In this document: piece by piece, positions 36,125 to 49,225 of the stretch
Layout of the letters: each line of letters begins with the position of its first letter
Numbering within the stretch: the stretch's first letter is position 1
NCBI GenBank assembly: GCA_038087875.1
Contig: JAXLNO010004831.1
Coordinates: 1-64,000 of the forward strand
Length of the DNA: 64,000 nucleotides
Reading direction: 5' to 3'
Origin: Malacoraja senta
Taxonomy: Eukaryota
Position numbers and translations under genes: made by a program
Notes under the pieces: model-generated
Told to the model about the DNA's origin: nothing
Databases searched by the model: none
What the model saw: only the letters and a program-made list of their open reading frames with translations

Positions 36125-36625
36125 AGCCTGGCCGATTGTTTCACTGAACACCTTCACTCATTCCGCCTGGACCTACCTGATCTCCCGGTTCCCAAACACT
36201 TTACTTCCCCTTCCCATTCCCACACTGACCTTTCAGTCCTGGGCCTCCTCTTTTGTCAGAGTGAGGCCAAACGCAAATTAGAGGAACAGCATCTCATATT
36301 TCACTTGGGCAGCTTACAACCAGTGGTATGAATATTGAGTTCTCTGACTTCATAATCCCTGCATTCCCTCTCTCTCCATCCCTCCCCCATCCAAGTCGTA
36401 CCAGCTTCAAAGGCCCTTCTCACCTAACAATGGCCTGTTTTCTTTATCATCATTACTTTTGTGCATATCTTTCATTGATTTGATCTATAGCTCTCTACAT
36501 CATCGTCTATATCTCCCGTTTCCCTTTCCCCAGTCTGAAGAAGGGTCTCAACCCGAAATGTCACCTTTTCTCCAGAGATGCTATCTGACCCGGTGAGTTA
36601 CTCCAGCTTTTTGTGTCTATCTTCA
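36125..36625 (+). mobile_element. Penelope-like element 3' end with hammerhead-like motif at ~36533-36567
   Basis: EHLHS...DLPVPKHFTSPSHSHTDLSVLGL...KLEEQHLIF GIY-YIG C-terminus; CTGAAGAAGGGTCTCAACCCGAAATGTC. Confidence 0.8.
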
Positions 36626-37239
36626 GTGTAAGCTATAGCTTGCAAAAGGGTGGTTAATAAATATTATGTGAATGCTGCAGTGGGATTAAACAATGTCGAT
36701 AATTGATGCGTAACTGACAGGAAGCACAACTTTTTGTAAAATATCTCCTTTGTTCTGGAGGTGCATAACAATGTTGTCACTTCCCCTGTAGCATCTGGTG
36801 CCCTCTTGTGGTCAAAGTGACAGTAATCTGGCGGTTGCTGTCCACAGATATTTTATTACAAATTTGGAACAAACAAAACTGATGCTGGGTCTCATCCCGG
36901 AATGTCAATAATTTCCTTCCTCCCCACAGATGCTGCTCGACCGCTGAGTTCCCCATGGCTCCAGCAGTTTGTTTGTTGCTCCAGATTATGAGAGGCGTAG
37001 ACAGTCAGAACCATTTCATCAGTTTGGAAATGCTCAACTTTAGAGACCAGAGCTAGAAAGTGAAAGGGAGAAGGTTTAATGGAGAAGTAGAGGGCATGTT
37101 TCTTTATACAGTGGGCGGGGGGGGGGGGGGGGGGCTGGAACGCACTGTATGGGTGGTGGTAGTGCAGATATGATAGTAGGATTTAAGAGACTTTCAGATA
37201 GGCACATGGAAGTGCGGGGAATAGAGGGATATGGGTACA

Positions 37240-38310
37240 CAAAAATGCTGGAGAAACTCAGCGGGTGCAGCAGCATCTATGGAGCGAAGGAAATAGGCAA
37301 CGTTTCGGGCCGAAACCCTTCCTCAGACTGATAGGGGGTGGGGAGAAGAAAGGAAAAAAGGAAAAGGAGGAGGAGGAGCCCGAGGGCTGGGGGAGGGGAG
37401 GAGACAACCAGATGGCTGATGAAGGGGAGGGGAGGGGACAGCCAGGGCTAGCAGAATTGGGAGAATTCAACGTTCAGGCCACCAGGATGTAGACTGCCCA
37501 AGCGGAATATGAGGTGCATTTCCTCCAATTTACGGTGTTGCTCGCTGTGGCCATGAGGAGACCCAGGACAGAGAGGTCAGATGCGGAATGGGAGGGGGAG
37601 TTGAAGTGCTGAGCCACCGGGAGTTCAGGTTGGTTATTGCGGACCGACCGGAGGTGTTCGGCGAAACGATCGCCAAGCCTCCGCTTGGTCTCACCGATGT
37701 AAATCAGCTGGCATCTAGAGCAGCGAATGCAATAGATGAGGTTGGAGGAGATGCAGGTGAACCTCTGTCGCACCTGGAACGACTGCTTGGGTCCTGGAAT
37801 GGAGTGGAGGGGGGAAGTGAAGGGACAAGTGTTGCATCTCTTGCGGTTGCAAGGGAAAGTACCAGGGGAGGGGGTGGTATGGGAGGGAAGGGAAGAATTG
37901 ACAAGGGAGTTACGGAGGGAGCGGTCTTTGCGGAAGGCAGACATAGGGGGAGATGGGAAGATGTGGCGAGTGGTGGGGTCACGTTGGAGGTGGCGAAACT
38001 GACGGAGATCACTTGTTGTATGTGACGGCTGGTGGGGTGAAAGGTGAGGACTAGGGGGACTCTGCCTTTGTTGTGAGTGGGGGGATGGGGAGAGAGAGCA
38101 GTGTTGCGGGGTATGGCAGAGACCCTGGTGCGAGCCTCATCTATGGTGGAGGAGGGGAACCCCCGTTCCCTGAAGAATGAGGACATTTCAGATGCCCTGG
38201 TGTGGAACGCCTCATCCTGGGAGCAGATGCGGCGTAGACGGAGGAATTGGGAGTGGGGGATGGAGTCCTTACAGGAAGCAGGGTGGGAAGAAGTGTAGTC
38301 CAGATAGCCA
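37240..38310 (-). mobile_element. Penelope-like element: RT C-terminus, GIY-YIG endonuclease, 3' terminal repeat with hammerhead core
   Basis: YLDYTSSHPASCKDSIPHSQFLRLRRICS; IYCIRCSRCQLIYIGETKRRLGDRFAEHL; CTGAGGAAGGGTTTCGGCCCGAAACGTT at ~37298-37328. Confidence 0.92.
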
Positions 38311-38349
38311 TGGCACAGGTGAGACAATTTACCATTGTTTTTACCGAAG

Positions 38350-38530
38350 GACAATAACTTACAAACCTGTATGTCTTTGGAGTGTGGGAGGAAATCAGAG
38401 CTCCCGGAGAAATCCCATGTGATCACGGGGACAACGTACAAACTCCTTACTGACAGCACCCGTTCTCAGGGTCGAACCCGGGTCTCTGGCGCTGTAAGGC
38501 AGCAGCTCCACCGCTGCGCCATTGTGCCAC
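38350..38530 (-). mobile_element. HE1-type SINE 5' part
   Basis: GGTGGCACAATGGCGCAGCGGTGGAG...CCGGGTTCGACCC head on the minus strand. Confidence 0.8.
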
Positions 38531-38534
38531 CCTA

Positions 38535-40135
38535 AATATGTTCACTATTCTTATTGCAGAATCTCCAATCTCTCCCTCAATGTCAGCAAGGTGAATTTGA
38601 AGGAGGTAGTTATCGACTGTAAAAATATGATTCAACTGATGGATAACTCCGCCCAGCAAGTGGACTGGATTGTAATGGAGAAAGAGGATTGCTCCTCTAG
38701 AAACATTGGAGCGATCCTCCTTTCTCCAATGAAATTGAATAACATAAATTATAATAAGAACCCAATTATTCATAGTACAATCCGAATTTGGAAACAAATA
38801 AAACAAAATTTAAAATTAAGAAATGTATCACTTTTATTACCTATAGTTAATAACCCTTCGTTTAATCCCTCTATTATAGATAACGCTTTTACACATTGGG
38901 ATAGACTAGGAATTAAACGCTTGGTGACTTGTATGAAACTGGAAAATTACTTTCATTTCAACAATTACAAATAAAATATAAACTCGGAAATAATCAATAT
39001 TTTAAATATTTTCAAATATGCGAATATTTGAAAAAATATACAAAAGATCATTATAATAACCCAGTAGATGTATTGGACGAGGCAATGCAGATAAAAGCTG
39101 AATCAGCAAACTTAATATCATATTTTGTATAATATTATCTTAAATGTACAAATACCATCTACGGAGGGTATCAGAAGAGACTGGGAACAAGAGTTAGCTA
39201 TTAAAATTTCAAAGGAAAGTTGGAATGAACACTTATTAAACGTGCATAAATGCTCGATTAATGTAAGACACACTTTAATACAATAAAAATTTTACATAGA
39301 TTATATTATTCGAAAACTAAAATTCATAAAATTTTCCCAAATGTTTCATCTATTTGTGATGAATGTCAATCCCAAGAAGCTACTATAGCGCACTCATTCG
39401 TTTTCTGTACAAAAATGCAAAAATTTTGGAATTAAATTTTTGAAATCTTTACAAAGTTATTTAAAACAAGACTGATACCCAAAGCAGAATGGATTATCTT
39501 CGGAATAACGGAAGGTGGTCCAGAACTAAATGTGTTTCAAAAGAAACTAATGGACTATGGGTTAATAACTGGAAAAAAGCTAATTCTAAAATTTTGGAAG
39601 AAGGCTCCAATACCAACTATAAATATGTGGATTTCAAATATGTTTGAAACATTACACCTAGAAGAGATAACTCCTCCTAGCAGGCAAACCAGATCACTTC
39701 CACCTGACGTGGTCTGCATTTATAGAATTATTACAAATATAGGGTGCAAAAGTACTTAAAAAAAATAATTTGAGGTCAGGTAAGGGGGGATGATAGTTGA
39801 AGAGTTGGTATGTCCCATTTACGTAATGCTCATAAAAATATTTGTTTCTCTCTTTTTCCTCTTTCTCTCTTTCTTTCTTTCCTAGGGTCTATTTCTTAAC
39901 TCTTTTTCTTTTGTTTTTAATTTTGCTCTTATAGGTCTTCGTCCTTTTTTGTTGTCACATTTTCTACACTTTCACTTTTTCCTTCACTTTCTTCTTTCTT
40001 TTAATCTTTTCTTTTTCTAGTGTAAAATATAAATGGAGTACATTAATTGTAAGAAGATATAAGTGACGAGTACTCATGTATGTGGTTGTAATGTAATGTA
40101 CTTCTAATAAATAAAAATTAAAAAAAATAATAATA
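38535..40135 (+). mobile_element. 5'-truncated L1-clade LINE, frameshifted
   Basis: VDWIVMEKEDC...NPIIHSTIRIWKQ; LHRLYYSKTK; KKLILKFWKK; T-rich UTR and AATAAA/A-rich tail. Confidence 0.85.
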
Positions 40136-40159
40136 ATTTTTTTTTTTTTTTAAATTTAA

Positions 40160-40785
40160 AAAAAGTTATCGACTGCTGGAAGGAGATGGTGTACTAGCCA
40201 TAAGCTTCTGGGATGCACCACAGTGACAGAAGGAAATGACCACGGATCGACCAGGCGGCCGCCGAGAACATCCCGGCGGGCCAGTGAAATCAAGGACAGA
40301 CCCGGCAGCCGCCGAGAACAAAGATAGACTCGGCCGGTCGCCTGTAGCCATATGTGCCGGCAGGTTTGGTTCACCGGTGTCAAGAGCAACCCGGTGGAAG
40401 CTGCTGAGCTTGGCCCAGAAACCCGGAGAGTCGTGGAGGAGGGAGCCGCTGCCGCCGCTGGGCGCAAGGAATGGGCCGCTAAGAGAGGGACTGAGGTATT
40501 ACCTCCAGGATAGGGGTTGCCTCCCGGGACACAGAGCCAGTTGGGCGACGAGAGGGACGTCAGTTGGCTGGCCGAGCTGGTCGAGGGTGACGGAGGAGGC
40601 CCCCCTGGCAATAGCCCGGGGTTTAACTGAGCTTACCTGGATCGGGGGCGCTCCAGTAAATCCAACATACGGACCGGACATTGGACTTTTTCTTTTGTAA
40701 ATACTGCCAAATTATGGCGACGGGAGCAAGAATTTCACTGTGCAATGCACAAGTGACAACAAAGAACCATTGAAACATTGAAGTC
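40160..40785 (+). mobile_element. CpG-rich non-autonomous retroelement with Rex/RTE-like 3' tail
   Basis: GC-rich non-coding body ending AATTTCACTGTGCAATGCACAAGTGACAACAAAG and (CATTGAA) repeats. Confidence 0.5.
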
Positions 40786-40924
40786 AGAATCAATAATGCG
40801 GAAGTGCGAGTGCTGAAGTGGGAATGGTTAAGAACTTCAAATTCCTCGGCATGAACACTGTTGCATTTTAGTCACTGGCGCAGAACTTTGAAAATAATGG
40901 ACGTTTAACAATCCATCTGCAGCA

Positions 40925-41370
40925 CTAATTAGAAACAGAGAAAGCAGGTGCAGGAGTAGGCCATTAGGCCCTTCAAGCCAGCACCGTCATTCAATATGAT
41001 CATGGCTGAGCATCCAGAATCAATAGCCTGTTCCTGCTTTCTCCCCATATCCCTTAATTCTGTAGCCCTAAGATCTAACTCTCTCTTGAATACATCGAGT
41101 GAATTGGCCTCCACTGCCTTCTGTGGCAGAGAATTCCACAGATTCACAACTATCTGGGTGAAAGCGTTTTTCTTCATCTCATTCCTAAATGCCCTACCCT
41201 TTATTCGTAAACTGTGACCCCTGGTTCTGGATTCCCCAATATCGGGAACATTGTTCCTGCATCTAACTGTCTAATCCCTTAAGAATTTTATATGCATCTA
41301 TAAGATCCCATCTCATCCTAAATTCCAGTGAATATAAGCCCAGTCAGTCCGTTCTTTCCTCATATGTCAG
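40925..41370 (-). mobile_element. CR1 LINE 3' fragment
   Basis: AFTQIVVNLWNSLPQKAVEA...; CR1 3' tail. Confidence 0.8.
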
Positions 41371-42712
41371 TCCCACAATACCGGGAAAAGAAATATTTTA
41401 CTTTTTTATTGAACAATATCATTGATTTTATTGCTTTAAAAAAACCCATTCTGTTCCAGTCCCACCACAGAGATTTTTTGCTATATAATTCTTTGGCTCC
41501 TTTCTGCCTTCAATCAATTGAAAGCCAGAGTGGTAAAGACACTATTCATAGCATTGAGTATAAGAGTCAGGAAGTCATATGCTGCTTTATGGAACTTCAA
41601 AGATAGACACAAAATGCTGGAGTAACTCAGCGGGACAGGCAGCATCTCTGGGTAGAAGGAATGGCTGACATTTCTGGTTGAGTCCCTTCAGGCTGAAGAG
41701 GAAAGGGAGACACGGAAATAAGGAAGTGTAAGGTATGAATGAATAACATCAAAGGAGATGTAGTTCAAAGAAAATGTAGAATAGATCATTGTTAGCTAGG
41801 AGAAGGTGGAACGAAGCACGCAGAGATAAATTTTAATCGGGGACAGTCAGACTGGTTGGAAAATAGAACTTCAGATAGGCTACTTTTAGAATATTATGGG
41901 CATTCCTGGTTGCCCCAGTGCAGGATGAATTTGGAAGCATGGAATTAGTGCAGAGGTGGTTTGACAGAATAAGGACAGGGAAATCATTACACGTGCATTG
42001 TTCAATTATTATTACTTAAGCAATAACAGTAAAGTGGAATAAAGACAGACACAAAAATGTTAGATAGAGCTCTAGGGGCTGGTGCAATCAAGGGATATGG
42101 GGAGAAGGCATGTACGGCTTATTGATTGGGGACGATCAGCCATGTTCACAATGGATGGCAGTGCTGGCTCGAAGGGCCGAATGGCCTCCTCCTGCACCTA
42201 TTTTCTATGATTCTAAAAAGCTGGAGTAACTCAGCAGGTCAGACAGCACTTCTGGGAAAAAGGAAAAGGTGACGATTTGTGTCGAGACCCTTCCCGAAAT
42301 GTCACCTACTCCTTTTCCCCAGAGATGCTGCCTGACCCGCTGAGTTACTCCAGCTTTTTGCATCTGCCTACAGTAAAACAAGCATCTGCAGTTCCTTCCT
42401 ACACAGTAAAGTAGACTATCTGGTTTATCTAAAACTGCAGTTTGTGGAATTGACTGCATTCTGAATTGTAAAATAGTTATACTTTGAGAAACATCTATTC
42501 GGTTGTAAGATGCTATGTGAAATATGATTTTGTAATTGTTGTCCTTAAAACACCAATATAATGCCTACCATAAAACCTGATCCTTAAACTATATTCACTG
42601 GCAATTAGTGACAAGTGGTCTCATTCCCATTGGATCTGGTTATCAGGTTTGTGTACACATGGACCAATAATTAGCTTCACACCAGAGTTCTGTTAAAAAA
42701 GTACAAGAGATT

Positions 42713-42824
42713 ATGTTGCTGTTGCTGCATTTACTCTGCTGGTTAAATAGTGCTGTAAGCGGCTGTTAAACGTGCTTCTTTTTTACCTTACTCAACACTT
42801 ACGGTGTGGCCACTGTCTCGTCTG
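42713..42824 (+). CDS. Candidate MHC class I leader exon containing an in-frame TAA followed by ACG
   Basis: MLLLLHLLCWLNSAVSGC*TCFFFTLLNTYGVATVSS-G|GTAAGC; the phase-1 donor joins alpha1 in frame (SS-DFHHL); hydrophobic core. Confidence 0.5.
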
Positions 42825-45800
42825 GTAAGCAATGCTCTTTCTACTTGTGAACTTTGAGGAAACAACAAAACTGATTCTATTTACTGTTGCACAGTCCCTG
42901 TGTTTGCCCTGGGTTCATTGTCTTGGATGTATTAATTGAATGATTGAATTGAATGTATTAATCATTTTGGGTAACGGTCATTCCTGAGTTGTGAAGGTTC
43001 CTGTGAGGTTATATATACTATGGTTACCTTGGTAATCCATTGAAGAGAAGAACTGAATACATGTAAATAATGAACATAGAGCATAGTACAATACAGCATA
43101 GGAGCAGGTCCTTCAGTCCTTCAGTCTGAAGAAGGGTCTCGACCCAAAACGTCACCCATTCTTTTTCTCCAGAGATGCTGCCTGACCCGCTGTTACCTCA
43201 GCATTTTGTGTCTACCTTCGGCCCACAATGTCTGTGCCGAACAAAATAAACTAATCTCCTCTACCTGTATGTGATCTGTATCTGGCCATTCCCTGCCTAA
43301 CTATGTACCTATCCAAAAGCCTCTGAAATGTAACTGTTATATCTGCCACCATCACCACCACCACTGGCAGCGCGTTACAGATGTCCACCACCCTCCACAT
43401 AAAACAACTTGCTCCGCTCATCTCCTTTGAACATTGCTTCTCCAACCTTAAAGTGATGTTCTCTGGTCTTCAACATTTCCACCCTGGGAAAAAGGTTCTG
43501 GCTGTCCACTCTGTCTGTGCCTCTCACCATGTTATGCACTTTCATCAGGTCTCCCTTCAACCTCCAGTATACAAGAGAAAACAATCCATGTTTGTCCAAT
43601 CTGTCCTTGCACTAATGCCTCAGACAGAATTCAGGTAAACCGGTGATGTGCACTTTAAATAAAGAAGTGACTTCTGCATTAGTAGGTGTCCCACCTCTCC
43701 AAGATTTCCTCAGCTGGTGTTAGGCACCCACATGATGGTAAAATTCAGCCTGCATTAAATGACCAATCAATGTTGTGTTAATGTTGTTGCCATCTTGTTG
43801 TTTGTTGCATGCTTCCTGTCCTGCAGACCCTATCCATTACCCCACCACCACTTCCCCTGAAGACGATAATGAGATTTAAGACGCTTGAGGATAGGCACGT
43901 GGATATGCAGGGAATTGAGGGATATGAATCATGTACAAGCATGAAGAATTTAGTTTAACTTGACATCATGATCGGCACAGACATTGTGGCCGAACTCCAG
44001 CCCATTACACCCTTAATGAACAAAAATCTATCAATCTCAATCTGGAAATTTTCAAGTGGGCAAGATGTTCAACAGATTACAGAATCGAGAACCAGAGGAC
44101 ATAGGTTTAAATTGAGGGGGGAAAGATTTAATGGGAATCTGATGAACAATTTCTTCCCACACAATGGTACCTTTCTAACTATTCTGACATTCGTCAAGGC
44201 TTAGAGATTACAAACCTGTAATCGGATGCTCGTCCTGAAAGTTTAATCCCATTCTTATCAGATGGAAGTAAATATAATGGTGATGGCCGTGTTGAAATAA
44301 TAACATATAAAACAAAACTCCTTGGCTGTGGAGTGTTTTGCGAAGCCACATGGATTTTATCGTTACTATTCCACTCTTAGCCTTCTTATGTTTCCCCTGG
44401 TAACACTGAAACAGACACTTCTAACTCTGCCCTCGGGGCCCCTTCTCACTTCACTTAAACACATGAACTTTGGCACTGTCTGGTGTGCTGCATGTAATCT
44501 TTATCACAGAACAAATACTGCTTGTTCGTGTGGAAACAAGAAACTGCACATGCTGGTTAATACACATAAAATACTGGAGTAATTCAGCAGGTCAGGCAGT
44601 ATGTCTGGAGAACATGGTTAGGTGATGTTTCAGTTGAGACAAGTGTAGGAAGGAATGCAGATGTGTAAGAAGGAACTGCAGAAGCTGATTTAAACCGAAG
44701 ATAGACAATAAAGCTGGAGTAACTCAGCGGTACAGGCAGCATCCCTAGAGAGAAGGAATGGGTGACGTTTCGGGTCGAGACCCTTCTTCTGACTGCTGAT
44801 GCAGATGCTGGTTTACACCGAAGATAGATACAAAAGGCTGGAGTAACTCGGCAAGTCAGGCAGCATCGCTGGAGAAAAGGAATAGGTGGAGTTTCAGGTC
44901 AAGACACTGCATCAGACAGAGTTGGGGGTGCATATATTTCATTGTACTTTTTCATATCTCTCGGTTCTCTGTCCCCTGACTCTCAGTCTGAAGAAGGGTC
45001 TCGACGCGAAACGTCACCTTTTCCTTTTCTCTGGAGATGCTGCCTGACCCACTGAGTTACTCCAGTATTTAGGCCCTGTTTAATTACAGTCTCCACCCTC
45101 CACCTCCACCCTCCCCCCCCATGGTTATTTCCTATGGTTATTCCAGTTTCCCCGCACGTCCCAAAAATGGCGGGCTGAAAGGTAAGTTGGCCAGTGTGAA
45201 TTGATCATGCATATGTATTAGAATTGGTGGAGGGGATGAGTGAGGTGTTAATGGGAGATTGGCAAATATTAAATGGGTTAGCGTACTACAAGTACAAATA
45301 GGTGTTTGATGGTTACCACGAACTTGGTGGGCTAAAGGGCCTTTTAATGTGCTGTACCCAGAGGACATAAGTTTAAGATGAGGGGGGAATGATTTAATAG
45401 GAACCTGAGGCGTAGCTGTGTTACACAAAAGGCGGTGGGTGTACTGAATGAACTGCCGGAGAAGGTAGTTCAGGCACGTACTGTCACGACATTTAAGAAA
45501 CATTTAATCAGGTACATGGATAGGATAGGCTTATAAGGATATGGGCCTCAGTCAGCTGTAGAGCCCATGTCAATGGATATTTCTCAGGTGGAGATTAACA
45601 GATTCTTGATCAGTGGGTTATGGGGTGCAGGCAGGAGAATGTGGTTGATAGGGAGAGATAGATCAGCCATGATTGAATGGCCGATGGGCTGACTGGCCTA
45701 ATTATTCTCCAAGAACTTATGTACTGATGAAATACAGGCAGTGTAGATGGGGCATGTTGGTTGGTGTGGCAAGTTGAGCCATAGGCCCTGATTCCCTGCT

Positions 45801-46036
45801 GTATGACTCTTTGACTTTACCTCTCTATGATTCTATAAAGTCTCCTTGACATTGTCCAGTTTCTTAATATAATAAAATATTCTTCAAATTTTGGAATATT
45901 GTAACTAGTAGAACCTATCGACATGATAGACAATAATAGATCTTTGAAGATGGGAAACAATCCAATAGGATCATTCAATACCTCGACCATAATTGGTGGA
46001 GTAGGTATCCGAGCCCATCATGCCAACTCTTGAAGA

Positions 46037-46358
46037 AGGCTCAGTGGTGCAGCAGTAGACTTGCTCCCTTATCTCGATTAAAGCACCATAGACCCAGGTT
46101 GGATCCTGATTACGGATGCTGTCTGTACGGAGTTTGTCCATTCACCCCATTACCGTGTGGGTTTTTCCCGAGATGTTCGGATTCTTCCCACATTCCAAAG
46201 ACGTACAGGTTTGTAGGTTAATTGGCTTGGTGTAGAATGTAAATTGTCCCTAGTGTGTGTAGGATAGTGCTATTGTGTGGGGGTTGCTGGTCAGTGTGGA
46301 CTCAGTGGCCCGAAGGGCCTGTTTCCATGCTGTATCTCTAAGCTAAAAACTAAACTAA
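46037..46358 (+). mobile_element. Full-length HE1-type SINE just upstream of the MHC alpha1 exon
   Basis: A-box-like TGGTGCAGCAGTAG, B-box-like GGTTGGATCC, body, and CTAAA-repeat tail. Confidence 0.85.
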
Positions 46359-46549
46359 AGGCTCCTGACCCAAATTGTCACCTGATCATTGATGCTGCCT
46401 GCCCCATTGAGTTCCTCCAGCACTTGCATCTGCAGGTCCTTGTGACTCCCTTATTCAAAGTTATTGTATTGTTATCAGTTTTAGCATTAATAACTTAGTT
46501 ATTTTCAGTGAATGATACAATCATACTTATTTTTGTTTATGCATTGCAG

Positions 46550-46810
46550 ATTTTCACCATCTTGCATTTTACTACCTGTTGAACCATGGATTGAGTGAGC
46601 TGCCTGAGTACAGTATGGTAGCAATGTTGGATGACCTCCAGATAGCATATTTTGACGGCACACTAGAGCGGGCTATTCCCAGACAGCGATGGATGGCCCA
46701 GTCTTTCCCGCAGGATCACTGGGCTTCAATGGCCATCACAGTTGCAGGTTTTCATGGGATTGTCAGAGGAAATGCTGAGACAGTCTACCAACAGCAACAT
46801 GGTATCTCGA
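46550..46810 (+). CDS. Non-classical MHC class I heavy chain, alpha1 exon
   Basis: TTGCAG/GTAAGT bounded, 261 bp, phase 1; FHHLAFYYL...LPEYSMVAMLDDLQIAYFD...PRQRWM...W fits the class I alpha1 pattern. Confidence 0.92.
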
Positions 46811-48558
46811 GTAAGTGTCGTGACCGGACCTGGGGTAGACACCCAGTGATGGCACAAATGGATTTTGTTTTAGTTTTGTTGCTGTCACATGATTCTCTGA
46901 TACACTTTTTTTGCATGTTAGTCAATCACATCAAAGAAAACTATTCATAAATACAATCAAACCAAACTCGTACAATAGGTAGAGCAAAGAGTGCAGAATG
47001 TAGTTCTCAGCATTGTAAGGCACCAGTGCCAGAGACAAAGTCCAGTGTCTACAATGGGGTTGAGGTGAACCCTAGCATAAGGGAGGACTGTTCAGAAACC
47101 TGATAACATAGGGGAGGAAACAGTTACTGAGTCTGGTGGTGCACGCTTTAATGCTTACGTACCTTCTGCAGGAAGAAGAAGGAATGACCAGAGCGGGATG
47201 AACCTTTGATTATGTTGTCTGCTTTCCTGAGCCAGTTGAAATACAGATGGATTCACTGGTGGGGAATCATGTTTGTGTGATCGACTGTGCTACATCTCCA
47301 CCTCCCTGCCATTTCCAGCGGTATTGGGCAGAACTCTTTCCAAACTAAGTTGTGATGCAACCTGTCAGTGTGCTTTCTATGGCACATTTGTAGAAGTTTG
47401 TAAGAGTCATTGGAGATGCCGCATTTCCTTAGTCTCCTGAGGCAGTAGGGGAACCAGAAACTCTCAACCTTTTTCACTTCAGCACCATTGATGCTGTTTC
47501 AGACATTTACTCCATCACATTTTGATAGAGACACGGCCCATCGTCTATATTTAATGTGTCCTAACTGCTGAACACCCATTGATAACAGTTGGCTGGTGAT
47601 AGTCTCTTTATGGGTTAAGCATTTGATATTTAACACCAGTAAAAAGTGGATGGATTGGATCATCTGTTTTATTGGGCTAGAATGAGGGAGAAACCATAGT
47701 TTATTTATAGCCTGATCACCTAGAGATGGGACCTTGATTAAGCTGGTTGATGGTGACTATGATGTATTCCCTCAACAATAATATTCTGTTAATCCAGCAT
47801 TCCCTCAATATTGGCAACAATCCACAGAGAGTGTAGCAATCCCACACAGTGCAACAGCCTTGATGTACTACCCATCTGCATTGCCTTAACCTTCAGACTG
47901 ACCTGTTGGCTCTGTAACATTGCCCATCTGACAATGCACTCCTTCCTCTGTTCTTTATGTACGAAAGTGCAGAATCTGAGTTCTACCCTTCTGACACAGC
48001 AAAACTTCTTTAGTGTTACATCTGCAACAGTAAAGCTTCCCCCCTCAACACTTGAGGTTAGTCCATGCCCTCAGTATATAGACCATGGGTCATTGAGTCA
48101 CACATCATGGAAACCGGCCCTTCTGCTCACTGAATCCACATTGATCATCCATTGTGCTAAGATGGAGTCACAGCAAACTGCAGATGCTGCCAATCTGAAT
48201 TAAAAACAAACAGGAGGAACTCAACGAGTCAGGCAGCATGCTGTGGAAAAATGGACAGAAAACATATGAGACCAGGACCATTTAGAGTGATGGAGTAGGG
48301 TGGAGAAAGCTGGAAAATAAAAGTAGTCTGTGTAGGATACTGTTAATGTGCGGGGATCACTGGTCAGTGCGGACTCGGTGGGCCGAAGGGCCTCTTTCCG
48401 TGCTGTATCTCTGAGCTAAACCTGCTCCTATGCTGTACAGCTCCATGTTGTGTTCTGTTATGCCTGTTTGTACCATGCTGAGAACTGATTTGTAAATTGC
48501 CTCTCCCTTCCATCCACTCTCCCCAACACAAATCCTCCACCCCATACCCCAGCCCCAG

Positions 48559-48834
48559 CTGTTTGCTTTGTGCAGGGTTTCTGCGGCTGTGAAGTGGACA
48601 GTGACAATTCCACTGATGGGTTTGTCAGACTGGGTTATGATGGGGAGGATGCCTGTGCTTTTGACAAGGACAGAATGCGCTGGATTGCACTACGTCCAGA
48701 TTTCCAGATGCTAGCAGATCGGTGGAACGTCAACACCTTCATGAACAAGTATTTTAAAGATCTCCTGGAGAAGGACTGTGTGAAGTGGCTGCGGATATAT
48801 CTGGAGTGTGGACAAGAAGCACTACAGACGAGAG
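48559..48834 (+). CDS. Non-classical MHC class I heavy chain, alpha2 exon
   Basis: 276 bp, phase 1 at both ends; Q..CGCE...GF...GYDGED..FD...W...W...C..WL..YL..G with the canonical C101/C164 pair. An alternative in-frame acceptor lies 6 nt upstream. Confidence 0.93.
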
Positions 48835-48933
48835 GTACAAGATGTAGGCACTCTGACTGATGGGCCAGAGGATATCCTCTGGATAGATCAGGTGGGAAAT
48901 ATCATGCACTTCAGGCTGTCACTTGAGTAATTA

Positions 48934-49225
48934 TTTAGTTTAGTTTAGTGATACAGCGCGGAAACCCACCGAGACCGCACCGAGCAGCCTTGCCCGCACA
49001 CTAACACTATCCTACACACACTAGGGACAATTTGCATTTATACCAATCCAATTAACCTACAAATTTGTACGTCTTTCGAGTGTGAGGGGAAACCGAAGAT
49101 CTCGGATAAAACCCATGCAGGTCACAGGGAGAACGTACACACTCTGTAAAGACAAGCACCCGTAGGTAGTAACAAACCCAGGTCTCTGGCGCTGTAAGGC
49201 AGTAGCTCGACCGCTTCGCCACCCT
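48934..49225 (-). mobile_element. HE1-type SINE in an MHC intron (further copies ~50400-50715, ~50775-51055, ~55440-55690)
   Basis: TTTAG-repeat tail and tRNA-like head on the minus strand. Confidence 0.8.

Noticed and set aside
42601-42670. MHC S-X-Y promoter module
   Set aside because: Only CCAAT/ATTGG and a weak TGACA could be seen; too short to call without cross-species alignment.
44350-44399. Hydrophobic MDFIVTIPLLAFLCFP followed by GTAACA as an alternative MHC leader
   Set aside because: The donor falls in phase 2, incompatible with the phase-1 start of the alpha1 exon.
46037-46110. tRNA-like A/B boxes here and at other SINE heads
   Set aside because: They continue into SINE bodies and CR1-like tails; no complete cloverleaf was seen.
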